From NCBI GenBank assembly GCA_964016885.1, contig OZ024743.1:295864001-295928000 (forward strand): DNA of 64,000 nucleotides. Direction: 5' to 3'. The position numbers and the translations under genes are program-made. The stretch comes from Eledone cirrhosa (taxonomy: Eukaryota). Below the pieces are notes generated by a model. It was not told the DNA's origin. It worked only from the letters and a program-made list of their open reading frames with translations, and did no database searches. Below, in pieces: positions 38,246 to 51,289 of the stretch. The first letter of the stretch is position 1. The number at the start of each line of letters is the position of its first letter.

Positions 38246-39766
38246 AGTGAGCTGGGACTCCTACTTAAACTTACCTATAGTAATAATTATCTAGACACAT
38301 ATGACCTTAGCAACCTGTGCCCTACAATACCAGCAAAGGCATACCACCTACCATTACCTCAATGGCCAAGAAAACCCACACAGATAGATGGAACGGGTGG
38401 ACCAGAGCCATACGGACCCCCGAAAACCACGATGAACTAAAGAAAATGATTGTACATGCGGTGGGGGAAAGCATAAAATTAACCCTTAAGGGATATATGT
38501 TCAAATTTAATGGAAAAACATATGACCAAGAGGAGGGAGCAGCCATTGGTGTTAGCATTGCAGGCGACATAGCTAACTTATTCATGGTATGGTGGGACAG
38601 TAGATTTAAACTTAAACTTAAAGAACAATTAGAAGACCCCTTAACCCTGATAATGTACTCCCGCTACGTTGATGATATAAACATCGTAGTTAAAACACCC
38701 CCAAGAGAACAGCCAGGAATTAGAGAAAAACACAATGGAAAGCATCCAGCAAATATCTAACTCCATCCACCAGAGTATTAGAGTTACTATAGACTACCCA
38801 AGCAAACACCCCAACCATCGATTACCTGTACTAGACACAGAGCTCTGGTTAGATACCATTAATAACAAAAAAGAAATCCTCCATTCCCATTATGCCAAAC
38901 CCATGACTTCCAAATATCTGATCCACCGAAACTCAGCTGTTTCAGACCATACCAAAATCAACATACTGATTGCGGATTTGGTACGGATGATGAGAAACGT
39001 GTCCCGCATGTGCAACCCCGAAGAACTAGAGAGACACATACAACACTTCATCCACCGTATGCAGTTCTCTGGTTACAATCAGAGAGATAAAATTAGAGTG
39101 TATAGAGTATACAGAACCAAATGGGAAAAAATGTTAAATAATGACACAAATGGGACCTGCCCCTTGTATAGGAGCAAATTTTGGAATAGAATAGAAAGAA
39201 CTAGGAATAAGGCTAATAGAATAAACTCATGGTATGATAGCAATAAATATCAGAGTGTAATCTTCATCGATACAACCCCTAGAGGTGAATTAGCTTACAA
39301 ATTTAGAAAGGCCCTAGATAAACATAAACTCAATATTAAGATAGTAGAAAGATCAGGTACCTCCATAAAAACACTTATTAGCAAGACATACCCTTTTCAA
39401 AGATCTCCCTGTATAGATAAGAAATGTATAATCTGTAAACTAAGCCCCCATATTAACTGTAAAACTAAAAATGTAGTATATAGCATAAGATGTACTGAAG
39501 GACAATGTAGAGACAAAAATATAGTGTACATGGGTGAGACAGCTCGCAGTATAGGGGAACGGATAAATGAACACTGGCGAGACCTTCAAGATAGTAAAGA
39601 ATCATCTGTACTCTACCAACATGCTAAAATAGAACATAAGGGTAAATTAGAGAACATAGAAATAAAAATAGAATCTACACACAGAAAAGACGCAATGTTT
39701 ATACAAATCACAGAAGCAATAAACATAAATGAATTACAACCAAAATTAAACAGAAAACATGAGTGA
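38246..39766 (+). pseudogene. PLE RT/GIY-YIG polyprotein (partial; frameshifts at ~38340 and ~38735)
   Basis: ORF pieces 38189-38440, 38317-38760 and 38735-39766. Confidence 0.88.
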
Positions 39767-39993
39767 AAAAGCAACATCACAACTTACAATTAAGGACAAA
39801 ATGAAAACACACACGCACATAGAACAAACAACCAACCAGTAACATGTAAATAAACAAATAAATAAACGAATATAAACACACACAGAGACCCGGATGTAAC
39901 ACATGCGCAAACTAAGCACACAACACACAAAAATACAAGATGGCGTAAGGCAGAACAAAGGAGAGGCACAAAATACAAAGAAAAGAACCCCCA

Positions 39994-40036
39994 GTCACTG
40001 AAGAGGTCACAGAATGTGTGACGAAAGAACTTTGAC
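39994..40036 (+). ncRNA. Minimal hammerhead ribozyme in the PLE 3' pLTR
   Basis: gtca-CTGAAGA-ggtcaca/tgtgac-GAAAG-AA-CTT-tgac. Confidence 0.7.
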
Positions 40037-40246
40037 AATATATAAACAACCATCTGGTTGTGGAACCTACCAACCAACCGGAAATTTACAAATTCCTAAA
40101 TTTATAAATTTATTATAATAAATTTAAGTGAAAGCAACTGGTGCGTGTGTTTCTTATTGGCAACATGACTCTCCCAAAGTATAACAATATCGGTTTCAAG
40201 ACACCTTTTCAGATAAATAATCTTGCTAGACAAATTCAGAAAAGAA

Positions 40247-40314
<68 letters not shown>

Positions 40315-40563
40315 GTATATATATGTATATATATATATATATATACATATATATTAGAATATGCAAGAAATACATAGGATTATCCTGAATGCAGTAATGG
40401 TTAATTACTACACTAGCTAGAGTCGACGTCCGGTGAGGGGTTACTCAAAGAGTTATGAAAGAATAGTTAAAGAAACTCAGTTTCCGATTCTTCTGTATTC
40501 CGGAGTGTAGATAAAGAATGAATAATAAAGCATATATACTCTCCCCCATTTCTCCGACCCCTA

Positions 40564-40666
<103 letters not shown>

Positions 40667-41077
40667 TCTCTCTCTCTTTCTTTTTCTTTTTTTTTCTCCT
40701 CTATCTTCCCCAATAACTTCCTTTAAGAAATACAAGGGAATTTACATTTTATCCATTTGCTCTGAAGACACGGTAGAATAAGCAGCACTTGAAAATTGAA
40801 TTTCTGCAAATAAATAACTACCAATTTGCACAGACCATGACTAGGCTTTGTAACTACTGTAGAAACATTTGTAAGCACGCGGAATAAATTACCTTTTTAT
40901 GATATCTACCTGCTTTATTATTCATTCTTTAAATATACACACACACATATATATATATATATATATTTACTCACGCACTGCTGACCAAATAACATTTGGT
41001 ATCAATGGGTTAAAGACATCTGTCAAATCAATTAGTGGTGAAGCTGGTGAAGGTGGTTTATATATATATATATATAT

Positions 41078-41289
41078 TAGAAAGTGAGGTCTTTTTTACA
41101 AAATGAAAAATAACCGAGGTGTCCTATACGAGTGAAAGTATAAAGAAAAAAAGATAAAATCGAAAATACAACTGGAGTCTTATTTTTAAAAAGATATATA
41201 TATTTATTTGTTTCCTTTACCGGTTTCGCAGTTCTTCTGCTTTTCAAAAGTAGATTTGAGATGGAGGGTCTGTGGTTTTTCTCATATTT

Positions 41290-41294
<5 letters not shown>
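41078..41294 (-). repeat. Solo copy of the PLE terminus seen at 13720 and 15742-16032, with U3-A8 hammerhead
   Basis: High identity to the reverse complement of 15825-16032; (TA)n flanks. Confidence 0.85.
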
Positions 41295-41376
<82 letters not shown>

Positions 41377-41392
41377 ATATATGTATATATAT

Positions 41393-41707
41393 AAGTGGTA
41401 ACACAACAGTTAGTTCACCATACCGAGAACAATTGTTTCACCTTAAGCGGATCTTCAGCTCGGACTGGTCATGGTTATACGGGAGTAGAAGAACAACCCT
41501 ATAAATGCGCATGAGCAGAAACGACCACTTCACCCAAGCGATACAAAACCACGGGCGAAGTTATCTCCCTTTCCCCTTTCGCCCGTGGTTTTGTATCGCT
41601 TGTGTGAAGTGACCGTTTCTGCGCATGCCCGTTCATACGGTTGTTCTTCCTGTCCCATGGACTGAGTGCTCTACCACTACGGATATTACCTTCAAGTGTT
41701 CTACCTC

Positions 41708-41708
<1 letters not shown>
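41393..41708 (-). mobile_element. ~315-bp non-coding hammerhead-bearing fold-back mini-element
   Basis: Clean hammerhead at 41423-41463 (ccgag-CTGAAGA-…-GAAAC-AATT-GTT-ctcgg); hairpin ~41490-41648; its tail resembles 8915-8980. Confidence 0.75.
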
Positions 41709-41778
<70 letters not shown>

Positions 41779-42044
41779 ATGTGTGTGTGTGTGTGTGTGT
41801 GTGCTTGTGTGTCTATGTCTATATATGTATGAATACACTAAACTTTAGATATAGTAGAATGTACAACCACTGATTCCACCTATTTGCACTATTTAAAGCA
41901 AAGTGTCGGCTCCTAAAATACTACAATGGGCGCTGCAATGCTACTGTGGCCTCTTGCAATGCTAACCCTGGAGCCCACTTGCCATTGGGCAACCTGACAA
42001 CCTGGCCAGTCTGCCACTGATGTATATATATATACAGTGGTGGA

Positions 42045-42091
<47 letters not shown>

Positions 42092-42358
42092 TAAAACATG
42101 TCTATAGAATCACAAGATAAAATATATACTATTTCCTCTCCCAATTAGCATAATTAACTATATAAAAAATCGAATAGACCAGGCTATACGAATGAGGCTT
42201 CTATGAAGGAATCTCCGACAAATAACCAAAACTAGCGCTTCGCGTCGGTCGTAGTGGAATATTTATCGAATATTTCGACAGCGTAATCGCCTAGATACAG
42301 TCAACTAAGCAGAATTAGGTTTAAAATAAACTAGGAGAAAATAGAATACATTTAAATA

Positions 42359-42444
42359 CCTCTACCATGGTTTCGTCCGTGTTTTGAGTTTTCCAATAAT
42401 TATGTAATAATTATATAAACTCGAGCGCCGGATTCTTCAGGAAG
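42359..42444 (-). ncRNA. Type-I hammerhead with long stem II in a PLE pLTR remnant (~42090-42645)
   Basis: cttc-CTGAAGA-atccg…cggac-GAAAC-CATG-GTA-gagg; palindromic stem III ACCATGGT. Confidence 0.7.
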
Positions 42445-42750
42445 CTCGTTCATATCTACACATTAAATTTTCCAAAACGATCGCGCCAAGAATTAATTTC
42501 AAAATGGCTAAAAATCGTGACGTAGTCGCGGTCAAGTTGGAACAGGTGCGGTAGTTGCTTACGACATTTTTGCTAGAAAGCACAGCACAATACAGCCAAA
42601 TTTTTATCTCAACCTAGTGGGAATGATTACATATAAAAGTTTACATATATATATATACATACACATACATATACGTGTTTTGCAACCGGTCACTTTGTGG
42701 CTCAATGAAAAATTAATAAATTAAACAATCAGAGCTATATATCATAAAAC

Positions 42751-42829
<79 letters not shown>

Positions 42830-42845
42830 TATATATATATACACA

Positions 42846-42920
42846 CAGCGTGTCCCAAAATATCTATACAGTCTTCAACAGCATTCTAATAAATGCGTAT
42901 ACATTTTTTGAGACACCCTG
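42846..42920. mobile_element. 75-bp mariner/Tc1-type MITE
   Basis: TIRs cag(c)gtgtcccaaaa / ttttgagacaccctg; embedded in CA/TA repeats. Confidence 0.7.
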
Positions 42921-42941
42921 TATATATATATATATATATGT

Positions 42942-43051
<110 letters not shown>

Positions 43052-44862
43052 ATATGTATATATATATGTGGGGGTTGGGGGGATTTGTGTGTGTGTGCGT
43101 ACATAGATATATAAATATTCTCAATGGCGGTCGTATCAATTCTGCCAAAAAATAAAAATATGGAATAAATTATATAGATAGCAATATAAACACTTAATGA
43201 GCGTATTACTTCCATTACACATACACATATTAAAAAAAATATAGACTTTTAGGACTTAAAAACTTAAACATATACGATGTCATAAAATGTAAAGAATGGT
43301 TTTGATATTTTCATTCAACTTTTTCTTAAAAAATATATTTACAAAAACGAATGTTTTCAAGTTGTGAAACATTGATTTCTTATGTAACAAATATTATATA
43401 CACATCATATATAAGAATTTTCTATAAAATGATATATCAAACTATATATAAAATTTGCCATATAATCTTGTTTTAAAGTTTGAAATTTTTATACATGAAA
43501 ATAACCAATAATAAAATTAATATTGATAATAATAACAATGATAATAATAATAAATGGAATGTTCTTTCTAGCATTGACACAAGGCAAGTAATATTTCAGA
43601 AGTGTGAAGTCAGTTATATTGACATCAGTATTTAACCGTACTTTAATTCCGAAAAATCTACCATTTTTGTTACTAGTCCTATTTACAACATGGGTGAACC
43701 GAAGAAACGTGAAATAAAAGGAACAGTCCACAGACATCATCTACCTTCAAAGAATTAGAGACGTTGTGACAAGGTTGAAATTTTCAATTACAAGTACAGC
43801 CTATCCGACAGGTTTCCAAGAATACAAATATTATATTCACTACTACAGAGAAGATGAAATAGAAGGTTTCTTTTCGTCTACCGCAATATATGACAGTTAC
43901 TAAACCAGTGCTGTTTTGCAATAATAATATTCGATGACATATATGTAAAGAATGTCTTAAACTCTTCCCATATCGACACCGCTGGTACAGAGGCCAAATA
44001 ATTTCTAAACATTTCAGAAATGTTTACTTACTCATAACCATGGATAACCTAATAGATTTCAATATAATCTCATTTTCCTTATGACTAAACTCATATTTTA
44101 CGTATGTATGACTGCTTAACTTGTGCGTTTATATTTAAGAAAAATCCATGTCCACCAAACTGATACTTAAGACCGGTTAAAAGATTGTGGATTCTCCGTC
44201 TGTTTGGACAGTGAGCATTCGTCATTAAATTAACATCTAATTCGTTGAGCATTCCATTCCACACACACGAGTAACATCAACGAAATTCTCAGGCAGAATC
44301 AGCGTCATTGTAAGTGACAAAATTAGAATTTTGGATTACAAAACACCAGATGGGATTCCAGTAAGTTTCTGTCCAACAACTTTCGACCTAGGTTTATGGA
44401 TATGAGATTTTAGCAAGATGTCACGCTGTAAGATGAAATTTGGGACATCATGGTTGTTAAGCAAATTTCGTAATACCTGCATCTATCAGTTAAATTCTTC
44501 CAGTATGGCATCAATATATTGAAAGTAAAGCATGATAAAGCACTGTAAATACATTGTGAGGAACACATCACGTCCACTAAACTAGAAAAAGATAACAACG
44601 AAACAAAAAATGATTATTCCTACATAAAATACAGTTGCACTCTGTTCTGAGGTGAAAGCATGTAAGTAAAATTAAAACTGCTGAAGTAACGAAAATAATA
44701 ACAAGCACAATCACAAAATAACTTTGACAATATGGTGATGGTGATAATGATAGTGATGATAGGATGATGAGGCTGATGATGTCGATGAAGAGAATGAGGA
44801 TATCGATGATGATGATGATGAACATCATCGTCGGAATCATTCTCATCATCATCATTATCATC

Positions 44863-45053
44863 ATAATTGTTTCTACTTTTGGCACAAGGCCAGCAATTAT
44901 CTCAGTGTATTACTGATACTTTATTTCATCGACCCCGTAAGGATGAAAGGCAAATTTAACCTCGGCGGGATTTGAACTCAGATCATAAAGGGCCGTAACT
45001 CTTTGCTACAAAGCACGGCGTCCGATCCTCTACAGATACTTCCAATCCACCGC
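44863..45053 (-). mobile_element. Octopus-type tRNA-derived SINE, full length
   Basis: Reverse complement of the 5077/5455 SINE; embedded in (ATC/GAT)n. Confidence 0.88.
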
Positions 45054-45674
45054 CTATTATCATCATAATGGTGATGATGACGCTGAAGATATTGATAAGG
45101 ACCATTATGATTTCGATGAGGATGACGTTAACAATAACAGGATGGTGATGATGACTGCGAACTTGATGATGATGGTGATGATAATGGTGATAATAATAAT
45201 GTTGCTCCTGCTGCTCCTGATAATGATGATGATGGTGATGATGATGACGACGATGACGACGACGATGATGATGATGATGATGATGATGATAATGATGATG
45301 ATAGAAGACAACACAACGACGAATAATATGAAGGAGCACGATAGAAGTAGAAAATGCAAGAGGACATTTATTGATAGTATTTATGAGTGCGGTAAGTAAT
45401 CAATTGTTGGAACTTTCGTGATCAGAATTATTCATCATGTGATCAGCTCTCTTGACAGGCTGTCTCTCAAATAATTCAGTTGTGACTTCCCGCAGATGTT
45501 TAGAAACCGGACACAATACGTTGATGTTTCTGGATTCGAATTTCACCGATGCAGGCGTGTGTGTGTGTCTGGGGGTTGGTCTAGATGGTATAGTTCCTAT
45601 TTTCTTATTTCCGGAAATGACTAAATATTTACCGTTGACACATTGGGCTCAATAGATCCTTGATTCCTTGCTTG

Positions 45675-45775
45675 CTTGTTTATTTGTTTTCTAGCTTGCT
45701 TTGTTACTTGTTTATTTGTTTTCTAGCTTGCTTTGTTACTTGTTTATTTGTTTTCTAGCTTGCTTTGTTTTCTAG
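45675..45775. repeat. ~32-bp minisatellite x3
   Basis: cttgtttatttgttttctagcttgctttgtta repeated. Confidence 0.85.
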
Positions 45776-46942
45776 CATGATTTGTTTCTTGGGTCCCCAA
45801 ATGCTGATGCTACCATAAGAGTTCCTTCGTAACATTATGTGTTCCAGTCTTCTTCATTTGACACGATTGCGTGTTCAATCTTGCGTGCCTAATGTTGCAT
45901 CTTCGCTAAAGATTTTTTTTATTGTGGGTGAGAAACAGTAGTATCAGCAATGGGAAGATGATGGAAAAGATGATGGAAAAGAAATGGTGCTATGCTTCCA
46001 AAACAATAACAGCTTAATCACCCATGTTAAGAGTCAGTACCTACAGAAGAAATATTTCAGAAATGATTAAAAATATTAAACTCCTAGGAATTATTTGAAA
46101 TCATATAGTGTAATGATGTAATGAATAATTTTGCGCGTTATAAACACAGATTGAATGTGATAGACTTCGTTCAAAATGTGAAAATAATTTTTATAGTATA
46201 CTTTCTAACATAGAATTTCGAATTGACGAAAACAGTTGTCACATTAGGATTGATACCAGAAGGGTATCAATCCTAAGGGTAGTTTATAACGGAATGCTAA
46301 ACTCATTGACCATGTGAACAAAACAAAAATTCGTATAACTATAAGTACCTCCCTTGAATATATACACAAACCAATCTTTATCATCAGCTTCATTGCGTTT
46401 CTAGGATGGGCAAAATCGTCAGATAAATGCATGACTAAAGCTTATAAAACTGTCATATGCAATATGATACGACAAAGTTTCGAGGGGTTTTTTTATATCT
46501 TTTTAAATTATTTATCTTTCTTTTCTTTTCTTTTTTGCTATATGTACCAATGGGAAGTTGGATATCTCATTCATCCTGGAAACATCTTAAAAAACAACTT
46601 AACGATAATATATTTCTGCAGATACAGAGGTTTATAGTTGTTGAACAACAACAGCCCTAATACCTTAACAATATAATTTTCGCATTCAGCATGAATAAAT
46701 CCTAATCGATTTTCTTCGGAATGTAGAATCCTTGAATGAAAGGTCCATTGACATTCCAAGAACTAAAATCAAACCTACATACATACACATTCAAACATAA
46801 GTAAAAATATATATATGTATATATACACACATATATATATATATATATGGTATAGAGAATCTCTCTCTCACACACACACACAAACACACACATACATACA
46901 CACATATATATATATATATATGTGTATATATATATATGTGTA

Positions 46943-47028
<86 letters not shown>

Positions 47029-47029
<1 letters not shown>

Positions 47030-47638
47030 CGAAGGAAATGTGGTAAGGAACCAGGTGGACCATAACGCACCAAAGTACTCAATACTTGAGGTAGTAGAGT
47101 GGGTAATAGGAACCAGTAAGACCCCGACAGCTGAGCTCAAGCCGTTTCGACGGCTAATTCTGGACAACCATTACTTTTGGAGGCTGTCTGGATAGCCTCC
47201 AAAAGTAATGGTTGTATTTTAAAGGGTACGTCAAACCTATTTGTAAAACTGTTATATATTGTATTTTGTCTGATGAAGGCATACCATAATTTAATGTGGT
47301 ATCCCTGAAATATGTATAATGTAATAAATATGGTTTTATAAATATAGTTTCCATTTATTAATATCGTATATCTACTCCAAAACTTTGTTGAGTGCTTTAT
47401 ATCAGTTAAACAAATATTTACTTGTTGTATCCCAACAACTTTAAATAGAACTTTTGCATATATATATACTGTACAGTGCATTTTCAAAAATGAGAAGCAG
47501 TGTAAACAAACACGGAGATTGATTACAGAAAGTATCATTAGGCTCTTTCTGTGAAATGGTGGGAAAAGGAGCGTCTTCAAGATATCAGTTGTTACTCCTT
47601 CATCAGAATTAAACCGAAACCAAAGTTACGTAAGCGCT

Positions 47639-47640
<2 letters not shown>
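47029..47640. mobile_element. PLE terminal remnants with partial or degenerate hammerheads and a short hairpin
   Basis: Minus-strand half-hammerhead GAAAC-ggcttgagctcagct-GTC-gggg (47122-47150); plus-strand CTGATGA-aggcatacca…tggtatccct-GAAATATGTA (47265-47320); hairpin 47166-47213. Confidence 0.5.
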
Positions 47641-47699
<59 letters not shown>

Positions 47700-47705
<6 letters not shown>

Positions 47706-50700
47706 AAGAAATTAAAAGATGGTTAAAAAAGTTCCATATATTTTATTATGCGCATTTCGAAAATAACATCATCCTGGGACAAAAATTGTGTTCTCATCAG
47801 ATAAAATAAGGTAAGATGATCTGAGGCCTGAAAACACTTGAAAGTGTACAGTTAACATATGACAAAAATATAAGAGAAGAGAAAAAATAAATATATGTAG
47901 GAAAAATGAAGAAAAGGAAAGAAGGAAAAAGGAAAAAGAAATAGAAGAGGAAAAAGAAAGAAAGAAAGAGGAGAGAGAAAAAGAAAGAGAGAGATAGAGA
48001 TAGTTTTGATCGGGAACGCTGTCCAATAAATGAATAACGGCTAAAAAAATATATATATAATAAAAATAAAAATAAATATAAAAATAAATAAATAAATAAA
48101 TTGATGAGATGAATGTGCTAATATAACGAATATTAAATGTCTAGATTATATAAACTGGGTATATTATTTAATATTGAGTTTAAATACTAAAAATTGGATT
48201 AAGAAGTGTAAAAATGTATTAATAAAATAAAATAAAATAAAATAATATAAAGTAAAATAAAATAAAAATAAAAATAAAAATTAAATTAAAAATGATAATA
48301 ATAATTATAAAAAAAAGGTGTTTTTTTTAAATAAAATAAAATAAAATAAAATAAAATAAGATAAACTAGAATAAAAAAGACTAGAATAAGAATACTCATA
48401 TCACTACTGATGAATTGAACAACATTCTCACCGCTAGGAAAACCATCCTGGAATTTAACAATGAATATTGGACAAGAGCTGATACTTCCAACAAATTTGA
48501 CATCATCATGGGTTCGTCGGATTCAGCGCAATTGACAGACTTGATTGGAATTTTCATCTTGAACTCTTTAAATCGGAAAATTCCTCAACTTCGCTGTGGA
48601 ATATATCGTGATGATGCTCTTTTTACTGTCTTAAATTGTTACAAAGTCAACCTTGATATTATTAAGAAAATTATACTTGAATTATTTAACCATTTTAACC
48701 TAATAATAGAATTTGAGAATAAGGATAAATTAGCAAATTTCCTAGATATATCCCTTAATCTAGATACCGGCCTATATTACCCATACCATAAGGATAACGA
48801 GAACCTAAATTATGTTAACTTTAAATCAAATCACCCTAATAATGTTAAAACTGCTATAGTCAGATGTGTTGAAAATAGAATTTCTAATTTAACTTCTAAT
48901 AAACATATCTTCAATGCTAATGCCAACTACTATAATAATGCGTTATCTAGGGCTGGATATCCAGACAAAATTAAATACACTAAGGATACTAATCTTGGCG
49001 GAACTTATAGTAATGTAGCTAGTTAAAGCATACCAGTAACATAAAGAGGAGACCTAGATATAAAAATATCCTTAGGTACAACGCTTCCTTCTCTCTTTCA
49101 CTTATTAGTAATATCCCTAAATTATTTTTTAGGACTTTAGATAACAGCTTCCCCCCTTCACATATTTATAGCAAGATTTTCAATAAGCATACCATTAAAT
49201 TCTCATATTCCACTACTTCCAACTTTTCAAAAATTATCTCTAGACATAATTCTAAAATATTAAATAATAAACTCATATGCATCCAACCATGAGAGTCATA
49301 ATAATAACACTCTAAGGCCCGACGTCAATGTAAACTCTAGGCAAAATAACTTAAATATAAATACGACGTCAAACGTATCTTTGAGGAATGCTTCAAATAG
49401 TAATGTAAATCAGGAAATTTTAAAACCTCCTTTAGTGAATTCCCCCCCACCCAACCCAGTTCCTATTATAAATAATCCTGGGCCACTGGTAAATAACTAT
49501 GTTAATAATCTTAATCGTAAATGCAACTGCCCTATTAGAACTAATTGCCCTCTTAGTAATTTCTGCTTCGATAAAAACTTAATATATGAATGTAAAGTGG
49601 TAAATGTACCAATACCTATACTTACATTGGCTCTACTTCTACTTCTTTTAAAGCAAGACTCTATAACCATTCTTCTACATTTAAATATCCACTTAAAAGG
49701 ACCAGCACTGCACTCTCAGAACTCATTTGGTCCTTAAAAATACAAAAACAATAATTACGAAATCTCTTGGCGTAAAATTTGCAACGCCTTACCTTACTCC
49801 AACGCTTCCATATCTAGGGTCTGTAATTTATGTCTAGCTGAAAAATGTACCATTATCTCGAATTTCAACTCTTTAATAAATAGACATATGGACTTACTTG
49901 CTATTTGTATTCATAAATCTTTTAAGACTTTTCACAAAGTATACAGCTAATGTCCTATAACTTATTCTACGAATAACAGTTAACCTTTTTACACGTATAA
50001 TTTGTTTACACATATATATTTACACATATATCTTTTCACACATTTTTTCTCACATATTTCATAATATTCTACAATGTATTAATCCCCTTTTTCTTTGCAT
50101 TATTAAACCTTCTTTCTCTATTGACGTTAATTTTTTCGTTCAAACCTTTGTAGATTTTGTAAACAATCTATGACGCCATATGTCTTTTTACGTTTAAACC
50201 TTTCTAGCTATTTCCTTTATTTACTTGTTGATATAAAATATTAAAATAATAATCTAATTCTATACCCCACATATATAAATTTTTAATAGTAATTTTTAGT
50301 TTTGTCATAGATGAACTATTCTTATTTTTATTATTTATTATTCTAGTCTTTTTTATTCTAGTCTATCTTATTTTATTTTATTTTATTTTATTTTGTTTTA
50401 TTTTATTTTTATTTTTTTAAACACCTTTTTTATAATTATTATTATTATTATCATTTTTAATTTAATTTTTATTTTTATTTTTATTTTACTTTATTTTATT
50501 TTATTTTATTTTATTTTATTTTATTAATACATTTTTACACTTCTTAATCCAATTTTTAGTATTCAAACTCAATATTAAATAATATACCCAGTTTATATAT
50601 TCTAGACATCTAATATTCGTTATATTAGCACATTCACCTCATCAATTTATTTATTTAATTATTTATTTTTATATTTATTTTTATTTTTATTATATATATA

Positions 50701-51127
50701 TTTTTTTAGCCATTATTCATTTTTGGACAGCGTTCCCGATCAAAACTATCTCTCTTTCTCTTTCTCTTTCTCTCTCCCCCTTCTTTCTTTCTTTTTCCTC
50801 TTCTATTTCTTTTTCCTTTTTCCTTCTTCTTTCCATTTCTTCATTTTTCCCATTTATATTTATTTTTTTCTCTTCTCTTATATTTTTGTCATATGTTGAC
50901 TGGACACTTTCTTGTTCACAAGTGTTTTTAGGCCTCATATCATCTTACCTTATTTTATCTGATGAGAACACAATTTTTGTCCCAGGATGATGTTGTTTTC
51001 GAAATGCGCATAATAAAATATATGGAACTTCTTCTTTATATATACTCCAGTTCTACCAACTGTTGAGTGCTACTTATCTGATATATGCATAGTTTTATTG
51101 TTCCACAATATTACTCACCTCCTACAT
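47700..51127 (+). mobile_element. 5'-truncated Penelope-like element (YRDD-type RT plus GIY-YIG), degraded, with ~690-bp inverted pLTR
   Basis: The coding remnant 48393-49950 is clearly homologous to the 59643 ORF. 47700-48390 is the reverse complement of ~50335-51040. Hammerheads at 47739-47808 (-) and 50951-51020 (+). (TA)n flanks. Confidence 0.93.
50951..51020 (+). ncRNA. Type-I hammerhead ribozyme (antisense copy 47739-47808)
   Basis: tattttat-CTGATGA-gaacac…gttttc-GAAAT-GCGC-ATA-ataaaata; 8-bp stem I; palindromic stem III ATGCGCAT. Confidence 0.85.
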
Positions 51128-51289
51128 TATATATATATATATATATATATATATGGCCAAACGTGGCGTAGTAGTTCGGTTGTTCGGTTTAAACATGAAT
51201 TGTAGCCATAGTTCAATGATCCAGCTTCGTCACACACATGTTGTCAGGTAGGATCTTCATATATGACATACCTTTCTGGTGACCCTGAT

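Larger units (their letters stand above)
38072..40240 (+). mobile_element. 5'-truncated Penelope-like element (probably Naiad-type), RT plus GIY-YIG, with inverted pLTR
   Basis: Motifs GAAIGVSIAG, YSRYVDDI, LPVLDTELW, HYAKPMTS, C..C..C…CKTKNVVYSIRC…YMGETARS…R..EH. 38072-38244 is the reverse complement of 40018-40190. (TA)n flanks. Confidence 0.92.

Noticed and set aside
44577-45399. His-rich, Met-rich and Ser-rich ORFs
   Set aside because: Translations of (GAT/ATC)n trinucleotide repeats around a SINE
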